Shown: piece by piece, positions 9,961 through 20,338 of the stretch
How positions within the stretch are numbered: the first letter of the stretch is position 1
How the letters are laid out: each line of letters starts with the position of its first letter
Source: a virus
Taxonomy: Duplodnaviria > Caudoviricetes
Length of the DNA: 64,000 nucleotides
IMG/VR virus record: IMGVR_UViG_3300028591_000003
Span: 1-64,000 of that record
Reading direction: 5' to 3' (one strand)
Notes under the pieces: model-generated
Databases searched by the model: none
The model's input: only the letters and a program-made list of their open reading frames with translations
Told to the model about the DNA's origin: nothing
Made by a program: the position numbers and the translations under genes

Positions 9961-10294
9961 TTAATCTTTTATTTAAATATTCAATAAATTTATTTTCTCT
10001 AGGCCAAGCAACTTTTCCTCTCCAAGTATGTCCCCAGGAATCTATATAATTAATTTGAATTTTTATTTCTTTATTAGTAAAAGTATCTTTATATTTTTGC
10101 AATAATTCTTCTGCTGTTAAATTAGAATTTAGATATTTATCTAATCCAATAAAATATGTATTAAATATTTCATTCAATGTACATTTTGGTTTAGATATTT
10201 TCTTTCCATCTGGAAATAATATTCCTATTTGCCAAATTGGTTGAGTTTTAACTGGAATTACAGCTCCTCTGGAAGTCCCTTTAGTTTTTGCCAT
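9953..10294 (-). CDS. hypothetical protein
   Basis: tiled ORF. Confidence 0.65.
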   Translation of the reverse strand: MAKTKGTSRGAVIPVKTQPIWQIGILFPDGKKISKPKCTLNEIFNTYFIGLDKYLNSNLTAEELLQKYKDTFTNKEIKIQINYIDSWGHTWRGKVAWPRENKFIEYLNKRLNE

Positions 10295-10515
10295 TCTAAC
10301 ATAAATTCACCATAGGTTGTATCCCAAAAATATTTTCCTAAACATTCAGCAGTAGAAAGTCCATTTAGTTCTGGAAATTCCATATTAGTACTAATATAAT
10401 CATGGATTTCATTATTTAGTTCTTCAATAGTAGAGCAATGAATAAAATCTTTGGGATTTAGTTCCATATCTTCTTCTTTTCTAAGAAGCCAATTTGTTTC
10501 AACTCTAAATTTCAT
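10258..10515 (-). CDS. hypothetical protein
   Basis: tiled ORF. Confidence 0.65.
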   Translation of the reverse strand: MKFRVETNWLLRKEEDMELNPKDFIHCSTIEELNNEIHDYISTNMEFPELNGLSTAECLGKYFWDTTYGEFMLEWQKLKGLPEEL

Positions 10516-10665
10516 TTAATTGATCTTTAATTACATAAATACTTACAATAGGTTCATCTGATTGATATATTATTTCATCTGGAAATTTATATTTAAGTTT
10601 TTCTAAATCTGTTGATATACTATCAATTAAATATCCACAATCATTTTTAGCAATAGTAAAATATA

Positions 10666-10986
10666 TCATTCTTTTGAAGTTAAATACTCATACATAAAAT
10701 TAGAAAAAGCATTGGCAAATTCTTCTGATGTTTCATTATTATAATAATAATTAAAACAATGTCCTAATTCATGCAAGTATGTTTTTAAATATTCATCTTC
10801 AGGAATATTTGTTAATTCTCCATCTATTATTGCCTTTTTAGCTAATCTTATTCTATGTAATAATCCACAAAAATCTCCTAATGCATCAATATCATTTTCA
10901 CAATCTACTATATTTACGTTATAAGTAGATCCAGATATAACAAATCTTTTTGGAATTACAATAGAGTTTTCAATACTTTTCCACAT
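10666..10986 (-). CDS. small zinc metallopeptidase-like protein
   Basis: TYLHELGHC (HExxH) plus downstream EEFAN; true start may be GTA/ATT-proximal near 10959. Confidence 0.6.
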   Translation of the reverse strand: MWKSIENSIVIPKRFVISGSTYNVNIVDCENDIDALGDFCGLLHRIRLAKKAIIDGELTNIPEDEYLKTYLHELGHCFNYYYNNETSEEFANAFSNFMYEYLTSKE

Positions 10987-11798
10987 CTTTTTTCCAATTT
11001 TTTAATAGCACCTTTTCTAATTTGTCGGATTCTTTCATCACCTAAATTCATTTCTTTAGCAATATCTTTAATAGGTCGTTCATATTGTCCGTCTAGTCCA
11101 TAATATTCACTTATTACTTTATATTCTCTAGGATTTAAACACTTTAAAGCGTTTGAAATAGTTTCTTTAGTAAAAGCATCAGTAAATGGAACAATTTCTT
11201 CAGAAAGAGTATCTTCGACAGTAGTATGTCCATCATCTGTTAAAGGAGTATCAATTGACTGACAATAAGACTTATCCATTATTATAGATTTATATTGCTT
11301 TTGAGAAATATTAGCTATTTTAATAAGTTCTTCTTCTGTCGGTTCTCGATTATTTTCATTTATGAATTTTTCATAAGCTTTTTTAACCTTAGTAATATTA
11401 CTAATAAAAGTAATAGGATAACGAATTGTTCTTCCAGTATTATAAATTTCTCTTAAAATTTCTCTTCTAATATACCAAACAGCAAAACTAAGAAATTTAT
11501 ATCCTCTATCTGGATCATAATTATCAACAGCTAAACATAATCCATAAAGTCCACTTTGAAGAAGATCTATTAATGGAACTCCTTGTCCAACATACTTTTT
11601 AGCACAAGTAATTACAAACTTTAAATTGGAAGTAATTAACTTATCTCTTGAGTTTTTATTTCCAGATAAGGCTTCTCTTGCTAGTTGAATTTGTTCATCT
11701 CCCGAATACATTTTATATTTGTCAATATCCTTAAAGAAATCTTTTAAAATATTACTATTTTCATTAAGAATGTTTTTAGTTATCGTTATCTCTTTCAC
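10956..11798 (-). CDS. RNA polymerase sigma-70 family factor (RpoD/RpoS-like, regions 2-4)
   Basis: SNLKFVITCAKKY, DLLQSG, YDPDRGYKFLSFAVWYIR, SIDTPL, ERIRQIR. Confidence 0.92.
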   Translation of the reverse strand: MKEITITKNILNENSNILKDFFKDIDKYKMYSGDEQIQLAREALSGNKNSRDKLITSNLKFVITCAKKYVGQGVPLIDLLQSGLYGLCLAVDNYDPDRGYKFLSFAVWYIRREILREIYNTGRTIRYPITFISNITKVKKAYEKFINENNREPTEEELIKIANISQKQYKSIIMDKSYCQSIDTPLTDDGHTTVEDTLSEEIVPFTDAFTKETISNALKCLNPREYKVISEYYGLDGQYERPIKDIAKEMNLGDERIRQIRKGAIKKLEKRCGKVLKTLL

Positions 11799-12069
11799 TT
11801 ATCCATATATTATTAATAGAAAAAATTTTAACTATCTTATATTTTCCATTTTCAAATGTATCTCCTACTGATAACATTGGACCTCCTGATGGATCTATAG
11901 CTTCAATATTATATGGATAATTACCTATAGTTCTCATATATTGTAAGCAATATTTATGTTTTGAATCTATTGATAATTTCCACACATAAATATTTTCATC
12001 AGCACATTTCCCAGTATTTTCTAGCCACAAATTTGCACCATCACGATTGTAAAGTTTTATTTTTTTCAT
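11776..12069 (-). CDS. hypothetical protein
   Basis: ORF with IDPSGGPMLSVG motif. Confidence 0.7.
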   Translation of the reverse strand: MKKIKLYNRDGANLWLENTGKCADENIYVWKLSIDSKHKYCLQYMRTIGNYPYNIEAIDPSGGPMLSVGDTFENGKYKIVKIFSINNIWISERDNDN

Positions 12070-12073
12070 TTGA

Positions 12074-12592
12074 TTATATTTGATTAGTATTCTTTAAATA
12101 TTTCCATATTTGATATTTAGTAAGACCTTCTTTATACATACATTCTTGACGAGATTTATATTCCCTTCCTTCATAAATACAAGGTCTAGCTTTTTTACCC
12201 CTTCCACTTACTTTATAATCCTCAGCAGTAAATCTATCATTATTATATTTTTCTTTAGCTTCAATAGCACTGTTAATAACTTTAATAGATTCTAATTTTC
12301 TTTCTTTTACGGAACTATATGATATAGATTTTATTTCATGATGATTTTCCTTAATAAAATTAATAAGTTTAATCCAATCTTTATTTTTTAAATTTTCAAA
12401 CTTACTACAATAAATTCCTAATCCATTATCACCATTTTCATCCCAATCAAGTAATTGTTTAAGATTTTCTCTTATTCTAACATCATCAGAAGTATCTTCT
12501 TCATCATTATAAATATGACGAGCGTAAGCATTAATTAACTTACGCTCATCTATTTCTCTAAGAAGATCAGTATTAACTACTAATTGAATCAT
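12074..12592 (-). CDS. hypothetical protein, possible C-terminal NUMOD1-like DNA-binding motif
   Basis: RPCIYEGREYKSRQEC...GLTKYQI. Confidence 0.55.
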   Translation of the reverse strand: MIQLVVNTDLLREIDERKLINAYARHIYNDEEDTSDDVRIRENLKQLLDWDENGDNGLGIYCSKFENLKNKDWIKLINFIKENHHEIKSISYSSVKERKLESIKVINSAIEAKEKYNNDRFTAEDYKVSGRGKKARPCIYEGREYKSRQECMYKEGLTKYQIWKYLKNTNQI

Positions 12593-12903
12593 TTTCTTTC
12601 ATCATAAATAATTTCATATTCATCTGGATTATCTACTTCTAAATCCATTTCTTCTGCAGAAAAATCACAATCACCTTTCCAGTCTTCATAAGCTTGATCC
12701 CATGCTTCATCTCTTTCTTCTTCAGATTCATATTCTTCATCGTCCAAATGTAAAAGATAGCTATAACTATCCCAGAGATACTCAGTTATTTCGTCATAAG
12801 GAAATTCCTCAGCATCTAAAGGATTTTCTTCAGAATATGCACAATAATATGTATCAGTTCCACATATTGGGGCCGATGCCGTTATTAACCATGTTTTAAT
12901 CAT
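12589..12903 (-). CDS. hypothetical highly acidic protein
   Basis: tiled ORF, D/E-rich. Confidence 0.7.
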   Translation of the reverse strand: MIKTWLITASAPICGTDTYYCAYSEENPLDAEEFPYDEITEYLWDSYSYLLHLDDEEYESEEERDEAWDQAYEDWKGDCDFSAEEMDLEVDNPDEYEIIYDERK

Positions 12904-13249
12904 AATGTTCCTTAATTTTATTTAAAACAAATGTAAGAGCCCTATCTTCATTATATTCTCTCGTATCTAATTTTTCATCAGATACAGTAAATGCAAAACA
13001 ATTTAAATCATCATCTTCATAACGATGAAATAAAGTTTCAGGAATAAATTGATTAAGTATCCAATCTTCTAAGTCTTCCTTATTATTTAAAATTTCTGGA
13101 GTTTCATCAATAAAGTACCATAAATCATCTTCGTAGCACCATTTCCATAGCTCTTCTAGAAACTCATTTTCATTTAAGAAATTAAGAGAAGAGTCAATTA
13201 CTTTACTACTATCAATTATAACAAAATTATATTTAGTCATAAACATCAA
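12896..13249 (-). CDS. hypothetical acidic protein
   Basis: tiled ORF. Confidence 0.65.
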   Translation of the reverse strand: MMFMTKYNFVIIDSSKVIDSSLNFLNENEFLEELWKWCYEDDLWYFIDETPEILNNKEDLEDWILNQFIPETLFHRYEDDDLNCFAFTVSDEKLDTREYNEDRALTFVLNKIKEHYD

Positions 13250-13281
13250 CGATTTTTCTATTCAATGTTTCTAGAATACCC

Positions 13282-14577
13282 TTATACTTCATATTCTTCA
13301 TCAGTCTCTTCTTCAGGCATATCTTCCTCAATTCGTATATTAGATACACTAGGTTGAAGAGGAATATTATCATCAGACATATAAAAATACTTTACAGTAG
13401 CATAATGATTTAAACATTCAGAATTAAAATTTTCTATATACCAATCTTTTTGACTTCTATCACCGTGAGGTTTAGCTTTGAATGGTTTTCCTTCTTTAGT
13501 TTCACATACAAAAACCATATCTTCATTTCCACGAAGACCTAATTCATATCCAGTAATTAAGAATTCTCCAGATTTATAAACTTTTATTTTAATCATATCA
13601 TTGGTCCTACCATTAGGACGATATACTTTATCAGGATCACGTATTACAAGACCTTCCCAACCTTCTGATACATATTGATTATGAAGTTTCATCATATTAT
13701 CCCATCCAGATACTTCTACTTGAGGAACAAATTGAATTCTAAGTTCTTCACTTTTAAATTCCTTTTCTGGATTAAAATCTAGATTTAATTGGTCTTTAAT
13801 ATCTTGCATTAAAGCCCATCGTTCATCAAAAGTAGAATTAATATCAACAATATCATACCAGTAGAATTGAAGAATTTCATAATCAATTGCAGTTTTTTGA
13901 GTTCTAGCAATTCCACTAAGTTGTTGTAATGTATATCCGTGATGATAACATTCTCCATCAAGAATAAGTCCTGGATTATCTCCTATCATTTCTCGAAGAG
14001 TTTTATTACTAAGAATTTCATACATAGCAGCATCATAATTCATAGCTCCTCTAGATTGAGTATGAAGTTGTCCATCTTTGCCCATATATATAGAGGCTCT
14101 TAATCCATCAATTTTTCTACTAGCCAACCATATTTTATCATATATTTTAGGATTAGTTACTTTATCAGCTTGTTTAGCAAGCATTGGTTTAGGTACTCCA
14201 TTTTGACTAGTAATTATTCCTCCTAAAACTTTATTTAATTCTTCTTCTGAATATTCATCAGGATCTTTTTCAATTTCTCTATAACCTTTATCAAGTTTTT
14301 CTTTAACTAAATGTTTAGCTTCAAGCATAACTTGTTCCCAAAGATTACGAGTAGCTTTACCTCTTTCTACTATTTTATCAGGTTGAGAAGTACGTTTGCC
14401 TCCTAATTGACCAGATATTCTATGAATTATAAAATATCTAGTTTGTGGATCTTTTGGATTTATTAATTCATAATTAACGATAGCTATTCTAATCTTTCCT
14501 TTAGTATCTCTACTTATCAGATACCAAAATTTTTCATTAGGAATTTTTTCTTCTTGTTGATTAGAAAATAAATCCAT
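13282..14577 (-). CDS. ATP-dependent DNA ligase
   Basis: PMLA, KIDGLR (KxDG), LDGE, EGLVIR, MIKIK motifs. Confidence 0.93.
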   Translation of the reverse strand: MDLFSNQQEEKIPNEKFWYLISRDTKGKIRIAIVNYELINPKDPQTRYFIIHRISGQLGGKRTSQPDKIVERGKATRNLWEQVMLEAKHLVKEKLDKGYREIEKDPDEYSEEELNKVLGGIITSQNGVPKPMLAKQADKVTNPKIYDKIWLASRKIDGLRASIYMGKDGQLHTQSRGAMNYDAAMYEILSNKTLREMIGDNPGLILDGECYHHGYTLQQLSGIARTQKTAIDYEILQFYWYDIVDINSTFDERWALMQDIKDQLNLDFNPEKEFKSEELRIQFVPQVEVSGWDNMMKLHNQYVSEGWEGLVIRDPDKVYRPNGRTNDMIKIKVYKSGEFLITGYELGLRGNEDMVFVCETKEGKPFKAKPHGDRSQKDWYIENFNSECLNHYATVKYFYMSDDNIPLQPSVSNIRIEEDMPEEETDEEYEV

Positions 14578-14933
14578 TATAGTAAATAAACATCTTTATT
14601 TTTATTCATGTAGTTCCATAGTTGTTCTATAGTTTCTACAGGTATTTTATTATCTTCTTTAAATTCATCAAAGAAATCTAATTGTGAATTTTTTTCATAT
14701 ATTACTTTATCTACATCCTCGAATAACCACCAATTTATCAAATCACATCCTTCTTCAGTAAAATGACTTTTAAGAAATATATCTAACATACCTCCTACTG
14801 ATTCAACCCAATCAGATTCGAATAAATTAGAACTATATTTCTTACCCATTAATGCTTCTTCGATTCTTTCGAATGCTTTATCGAATCTTTGATATTGTTC
14901 TATATATTCAATAAATAATTTTTTATCAATCAT
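14577..14933 (-). CDS. hypothetical protein
   Basis: tiled ORF, INWWLFE. Confidence 0.7.
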   Translation of the reverse strand: MIDKKLFIEYIEQYQRFDKAFERIEEALMGKKYSSNLFESDWVESVGGMLDIFLKSHFTEEGCDLINWWLFEDVDKVIYEKNSQLDFFDEFKEDNKIPVETIEQLWNYMNKNKDVYLL

Positions 14934-15427
14934 TATTTAAAGTTTTTATCATCACGAATAAGACCTCCATCTGCTCCTCTATTAGATTCAGAAAGTTCAT
15001 CAACTTCTTTCCATTCTGGATCAATTACTTCCTCAAAATAAACTTGCCCAATTCTATCTCCCACTTTATAAGGAGCCATTTCATTTTCCATTTCAAGAAG
15101 ATTTAATTCTCTATCGCCTTCTGGAAATAATTGTTCAAAAGGAGTCCGAAGTTTATAAATTACTAACCATTCTCCTCTATAATTAGAATCTATACAAGCA
15201 GGAGAATTAGGTATATAAGCATCTGTTTTAGTATTCCCACTTCTTGGACATATTCTAGCTTTGTAATTTGGATCAAATTCAGTAGCAAATCCTAATCCGT
15301 ATTCAAACCTATCATATTTAGGATTATATTTACAACTTACAGCAACTACATCTTGACAACCATCTCCAGGTTTTCCAAACTTTGGAATCTGTGCATCGGG
15401 ATTAAGTTTTTTAATTTTTACAATCAT
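14933..15427 (-). CDS. dut: dUTPase (trimeric)
   Basis: PRSG, IDSNYRGE, GDRIGQ, SNRGADGG. Confidence 0.9.
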   Translation of the reverse strand: MIVKIKKLNPDAQIPKFGKPGDGCQDVVAVSCKYNPKYDRFEYGLGFATEFDPNYKARICPRSGNTKTDAYIPNSPACIDSNYRGEWLVIYKLRTPFEQLFPEGDRELNLLEMENEMAPYKVGDRIGQVYFEEVIDPEWKEVDELSESNRGADGGLIRDDKNFK

Positions 15428-15680
15428 TATTTAGATAATTAATTAATTGTTGAATAGCGTTTGACTCTTCCGAATAAAACACTTTAATTATCTTTTCTTC
15501 TTCTTGAATAACTACAAATGGATTTAATCTAGCACCCCAATTAGATTTAATTTGATATGCTTCTTTTCTTCCATTTTTAGTATTAAAATCTATATATTGT
15601 ACGAAAATAGGGAACTTAGAATCAACTAATTCTAAAAGTTCCCTATCTTTTTTATTATCATAAATTACTATTGCTTCCAT
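15411..15680 (-). CDS. thioredoxin-fold-like small protein lacking CxxC
   Basis: WGARLNPFVVI cis-Pro-like segment; position near RNR. Confidence 0.45.
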   Translation of the reverse strand: MEAIVIYDNKKDRELLELVDSKFPIFVQYIDFNTKNGRKEAYQIKSNWGARLNPFVVIQEEEKIIKVFYSEESNAIQQLINYLNNDCKN

Positions 15681-15874
15681 CTAGGCATTTCTCTCCAAAA
15701 AAGTGGATATACTTCACAATTCCATCGATATTGTATCCATTTTCCGTTCTCATATTTTCCTTCAGCTTCTCCTCCTTCTAAAGTATAAAGAATTATACTT
15801 CTCGGATTATCTGGAATATATTCATTTCCGTACCAATCATCACTTGATTTATATTTAACACTCATTAATTTCAT
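15668..15874 (-). CDS. hypothetical protein (DUF551-like)
   Basis: ends FWREMP; stop TAG followed directly by TAA. Confidence 0.55.
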   Translation of the reverse strand: MKLMSVKYKSSDDWYGNEYIPDNPRSIILYTLEGGEAEGKYENGKWIQYRWNCEVYPLFWREMPRWKQ

Positions 15875-16655
15875 GTGTTAATGTATCAATTATAAATCCT
15901 TTTCTACAATCTAAACAAGCCCATTTATCAGTAATAATTGGAGATTTAACTTGCGTATGTCCAAATATCTGATATATTCCATCTTCTCCTTTAGGAATAA
16001 TTTTAGTTGTGGATTTTATTAAATCAACGTGTTCTCTTATATCGGCCCATTCACAAGAACCATAAAAAGAATCTCCATATCTATAATGAGATATATTAGA
16101 AATAGCTCTAATGTAATGAGTATTAAAATCTTTTAATTGTGTATCTTTCAATACTCTCGCGGTTTCAAAAACTAAAGAGTCTTTTTCAAGTTCGGCTCCT
16201 TCATCATATTTCATATATGAATATAGAAAGTTTTCAGCCCATCCTTCTGAAATACCTGCATGACTAAATATCACATTATTTTCAATCCAAACCAAGTTAA
16301 AAAGATTTAAATTTTCTAAAAAGAAATTATGATATTTTTCATAATTTTTATAATCAGTTCTTGAAGCAGCACTAAATTCAGACCATATGTAAGAATCTGT
16401 ATGATTTCCAGTTAAAAGAATATATTTTTCAGGATTATTATTTTTTAAAGATACAATATCTTCTAACATTTTAAGAAGATTTTCTAAGTCATCAAAATTA
16501 TTGCATTCCATTAATTCTGGATTTGTACTAATTTCTTCTTGGTAAGGGTCAAGATAATCACCTAAAAATATTACTTTGTCAACTCTGGATTCATTATTAA
16601 TAGCATTTCTCCAAAATTTACGACCATGAACATCAGGTATACATAATATTTTCAT
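15855..16655 (-). CDS. calcineurin-like metallophosphoesterase
   Basis: PDVHG, LGDYLD, GNH, SHAG, FGHT. Confidence 0.9.
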   Translation of the reverse strand: MKILCIPDVHGRKFWRNAINNESRVDKVIFLGDYLDPYQEEISTNPELMECNNFDDLENLLKMLEDIVSLKNNNPEKYILLTGNHTDSYIWSEFSAASRTDYKNYEKYHNFFLENLNLFNLVWIENNVIFSHAGISEGWAENFLYSYMKYDEGAELEKDSLVFETARVLKDTQLKDFNTHYIRAISNISHYRYGDSFYGSCEWADIREHVDLIKSTTKIIPKGEDGIYQIFGHTQVKSPIITDKWACLDCRKGFIIDTLTHEINEC

Positions 16656-16906
16656 TTCTCAATTCCACATCTTTTCTTAAAATCATTAATTAAAAAATCT
16701 ATATCTTTTTCATCTGAAATACTCCATCCATCAGTCATAATATGTATAAACTTACCACCCCCTCCATCTCTGGTAGATAATGTAATAGTTTGACCATCAC
16801 CATCTCTATCTTCAGTACAGTCAGGTTCTTGATAATATTTCATAGATATTTCATCTAAAAGTATTTGTTCGTCTTCTGGAAAGCCATCAGTTATTATTTC
16901 TATCAT
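16652..16906 (-). CDS. hypothetical protein
   Basis: tiled ORF. Confidence 0.7.
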   Translation of the reverse strand: MIEIITDGFPEDEQILLDEISMKYYQEPDCTEDRDGDGQTITLSTRDGGGGKFIHIMTDGWSISDEKDIDFLINDFKKRCGIEK

Positions 16907-16921
16907 ATTTAAATATTTATT

Positions 16922-19159
16922 TTAAGAACATTTAGAATAACCACAGTAAATACACTCATCACATCCACCAATATGGGTGAGTCCTTTTTTACCACACTCA
17001 GGACATTTTTCATATTCTGTAGTAGTTTCTTCTGTTTCTTCAATCTCCGTTCTAGGTAAATTAATTATACTCTGTATTTCTTCATTCATATCTTTAAGAG
17101 CATTACCTATTGCAACAGGACAACAACTTCCAATAGATGTATCTTTCTTTACAGCATGTCGAACTGCATAAGATGGACATACTCCACAAGAATTAAGTTG
17201 ATCTATAATATTTTCAATAGATATTCCACCTCTTGCAGATAAACTTACCATACGTGAAAGTCCAATCATGAAGTTATTACATCCACCTTTTGAACCTTTA
17301 CTAAGATATATTTCACGTAGTTCACCAGTATCAGGATCCCAAAATGATTCACAATGTAATGTACCACATCCTGTAACGAGAGTCCTTTTCAATCCAATAC
17401 AATCATCGTCAGCCTTGATAATTTCTCCTCTTTTTAAAGAATTATCATTAACAATTATATTATTCTCTGATTTTTCTTCTTTCGGTTTTTCTGTAAGAAT
17501 ACCTATTCTTTTACAGTTATTTCTAAAAATAGTTACTCCTTTTAGTCCTTGTTTCCAAGCCTCTATATAAAGATTTTTAACATCTTCAATAGTTGCCTCT
17601 TCTGGAAGATTTACAGTAGAACTAATTGCTGTATCACAATACTGTTGTAAAGCAGCTTGCATTCTAATTCTATCCTTCCAATTTAAGTTTTGAGAAGTCA
17701 CAAAATAATCAGGAAGTTTGACATTATTAGTAAACTTTTTATATTCTTCTACTACAGGTAGATCTACTTGATAGTAAGAAGATTCTCCTCCATTTAAAGA
17801 TTCTGTTTTTCTAGTATAAGAAAGCATAAAGAAAGGTTCACAACCAGTACTTATATTAAGCATTGTACCAATTGATCCAGTAGGTGCAATACTAAGGAGT
17901 GAACAATTTCTTAAATGATTTATATTTTTAAATTGTTTGATTTCTTCTTCAGTGAAAGTGTTTTTAATAATTGTAGAATCCCAAACACAAGGTTTGTATT
18001 TAGGATAATCTCCTCTTTCTAATGCTAATGCAACACTAGCTTCAACAGATTTCCTAAATAAAAATTTCATTAAGGTTTTGGAAAATCCCACAGCATCATC
18101 ACTTCCATATTTATAACCAAGTTTAACTAAACAATCTGCAAGACCCATAATACCTATTCCAATATTACGGTAATTTCTTGCAACTTCAGCCTGTTCAGGT
18201 AAAGCATGATTTTTTAGATTCTTTTCAAGAACATCATCCATCGCTTTAACAATAAATGGAATATCTTGTCCTAATTCATCATAATCAAATTTAGCATTTG
18301 AAGTAAAAGGATATTTAACATATTCTGATACGTTAATTGATGATAAATTACAGGCTCCGTGCTTTGGAAGAGGTTGTTCGCCACAGGGATTGGTTGTTTC
18401 AATAACATATTCATTATCGAACTCTAACATATTGTAATTTCTAAGTCTATTAGTATACAATATTCCAGGTTCTGCATAATCCCAAGCTTGTTGACAAATA
18501 GTTTCAAATAATTTAGTAGGATTTATAGAATATTTAAATGTTCCTACTTCATAGTCAAATTCACATTCCAAATTTTCACATTTATCTTCAACGGCTTGCA
18601 TAAATATATCATCAATTTCTAATGATAAATTAGCTTTATTAATTCTATTTAAATCCGATTTAATAGTAATAAATTTTTCAGCCTCTGGATGCCATATATT
18701 AATAGACATCATTAAAGCTCCTTTACGAGAACCTCCTTGAGAGATACTTTCAGTAACTTTATTAAAAATTTCCATAAAAGGAACAATTCCATCAGACTCA
18801 AATTGACCTCCAATTTTTGCTCCTTTAGGTCTAATTTTAGATAAAGATAATCCTTGACCTCCTTGTACTTTGAAAGTTTTAGCAATATCAGTTGCAGTTT
18901 GCATAATATCATCTAATGAATCTTCTACGAATCCATGAGAATAACAATTACTAAAACTTCCTTTTTTATTGGTATTAATATTAGAAAGAGTACGTCCTCC
19001 AAATAAAAATTTCTTATCTTTAATAAGACGTTCTATTACAGGATTTCCACTACTGACTCTTTTAAACCATTCATCTAATGTTTCATTATTCCATCTATAC
19101 TTATTATTCCAAATATCAATAGATAATTGGTTTCCATTTAACCATTCTTGTATTTCCAT
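16922..19159 (-). CDS. nrdJ: class II (adenosylcobalamin-dependent) ribonucleotide reductase with C-terminal TSCPD-like and Zn-ribbon domains
   Basis: FSNCY, TNPCGEQPL, CNLSSIN, IAPTGS, GLKGVTIFR, C-terminal CPEC...GGCDEC..CGYSKC. Confidence 0.92.
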   Translation of the reverse strand: MEIQEWLNGNQLSIDIWNNKYRWNNETLDEWFKRVSSGNPVIERLIKDKKFLFGGRTLSNINTNKKGSFSNCYSHGFVEDSLDDIMQTATDIAKTFKVQGGQGLSLSKIRPKGAKIGGQFESDGIVPFMEIFNKVTESISQGGSRKGALMMSINIWHPEAEKFITIKSDLNRINKANLSLEIDDIFMQAVEDKCENLECEFDYEVGTFKYSINPTKLFETICQQAWDYAEPGILYTNRLRNYNMLEFDNEYVIETTNPCGEQPLPKHGACNLSSINVSEYVKYPFTSNAKFDYDELGQDIPFIVKAMDDVLEKNLKNHALPEQAEVARNYRNIGIGIMGLADCLVKLGYKYGSDDAVGFSKTLMKFLFRKSVEASVALALERGDYPKYKPCVWDSTIIKNTFTEEEIKQFKNINHLRNCSLLSIAPTGSIGTMLNISTGCEPFFMLSYTRKTESLNGGESSYYQVDLPVVEEYKKFTNNVKLPDYFVTSQNLNWKDRIRMQAALQQYCDTAISSTVNLPEEATIEDVKNLYIEAWKQGLKGVTIFRNNCKRIGILTEKPKEEKSENNIIVNDNSLKRGEIIKADDDCIGLKRTLVTGCGTLHCESFWDPDTGELREIYLSKGSKGGCNNFMIGLSRMVSLSARGGISIENIIDQLNSCGVCPSYAVRHAVKKDTSIGSCCPVAIGNALKDMNEEIQSIINLPRTEIEETEETTTEYEKCPECGKKGLTHIGGCDECIYCGYSKCS

Positions 19160-19221
19160 AAAAATAATAAAGGTTTAATAAATAATTTAATTATCTCACT
19201 ATTTTTAATAGCTGTGAATAT

Positions 19222-19252
19222 TAAATATATCTATTAAACCTTTTATATCAAA
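19222..19252 (-). promoter_or_regulatory. putative promoter TTTG-N19-TATATTTA upstream of RNR
   Basis: resembles the Bacteroidota -33 TTTG / -7 TAnnTTTG layout; same motif recurs in other intergenic sites. Confidence 0.6.
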
Positions 19253-19259
19253 ATATTAA

Positions 19260-20114
19260 TTATAAGTCCAAATTGTACTTTTCAGAGAATTTCTCTAAAA
19301 TATTATACATATCATCTGGAAGTCTATCTAATCCTTCATCAGCAATATCTATAGGAATTCCCCAATATGCTGCTGCAATAGAGCCTGCTATTGCTGCTTG
19401 AGTATCAGCATCTCCTCTTAACCACACAGCATTTCTAATAGTTTCTTCGTATGAATTACTATTTAAAAAACAACAAATAGCTTCAGGAACACTTCCTTGA
19501 CAAGTTGAATCAAATCTATAACCAGATTTAATTATTTCTTCTGGAGTTCTGTTGATATTATAATCAAAGTGACAGAATTTTTCTTTAAATGTTTGACAAT
19601 ACAATTCTAAGGAATTTTTTTCATTAACATTTGAAATTCCTCTAAGAAAATACCAAATGCTCCAAGCAACTGTTTTAGCTCCTTTAATTCCTTCTGGATG
19701 ATTGTGACTTACAGAAGCAGATTGTTCTGCCATAATTAAAGTAGTTTCTTCAGTTTTAAAAGCACATCCAACTGGAGATATTCTCATAGCTGAACCATTA
19801 CCAAAACTATCATATGGTTGAGGATTATCTGAATCAATCCATTTTCCAAATAAATGACCGTATCCAGAATTACGATATTTTCTTCCCCATTTTTGCATAA
19901 TCTTAACAAGATTATTTGTATTAAGTGGGAGAGTTAGCAGCCATTCGGCTACAGCAATAGTCATTACAGAATCGTCAGAAAACCTAGAATCTTCTGTCCA
20001 AAGTTTAAAATCTTTATTAATTTGTAATCCTCTTTTGCAATACCATTCATAAGGAACTCCTATCATATCACCACAGATAGCTCCTAACACTGGATTTTTT
20101 ATTAATTCTTTCAT
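19260..20114 (-). CDS. ADP-ribosylglycohydrolase (ARH/DraG family)
   Basis: GAICGDMIG, FSDDS, GNGSAMR, SHNHPEG, GDADT.AAIAGS. Confidence 0.92.
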   Translation of the reverse strand: MKELIKNPVLGAICGDMIGVPYEWYCKRGLQINKDFKLWTEDSRFSDDSVMTIAVAEWLLTLPLNTNNLVKIMQKWGRKYRNSGYGHLFGKWIDSDNPQPYDSFGNGSAMRISPVGCAFKTEETTLIMAEQSASVSHNHPEGIKGAKTVAWSIWYFLRGISNVNEKNSLELYCQTFKEKFCHFDYNINRTPEEIIKSGYRFDSTCQGSVPEAICCFLNSNSYEETIRNAVWLRGDADTQAAIAGSIAAAYWGIPIDIADEGLDRLPDDMYNILEKFSEKYNLDL

Positions 20115-20338
20115 ACTATAAATTTGTTATTTTTCATTTTGTTCCAAGTAATTTCGGATTCTTCATTAAATGGATCGATAGTAAGAATATCTTCTCTATC
20201 TCCATCAGTTAAAACATTTTTCTCATATTGAATTATATCACAATTAACAAGAAGTTGTCCAAATCTTAAATCTGGATATTTTTCTACTAATTCAAATAGT
20301 TTATTAAGAATTTTTCTATTATATTCTTGTCTTGTCAT
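20111..20338 (-). CDS. hypothetical phage protein
   Basis: YPDLRFGQLL motif. Confidence 0.7.
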   Translation of the reverse strand: MTRQEYNRKILNKLFELVEKYPDLRFGQLLVNCDIIQYEKNVLTDGDREDILTIDPFNEESEITWNKMKNNKFIV

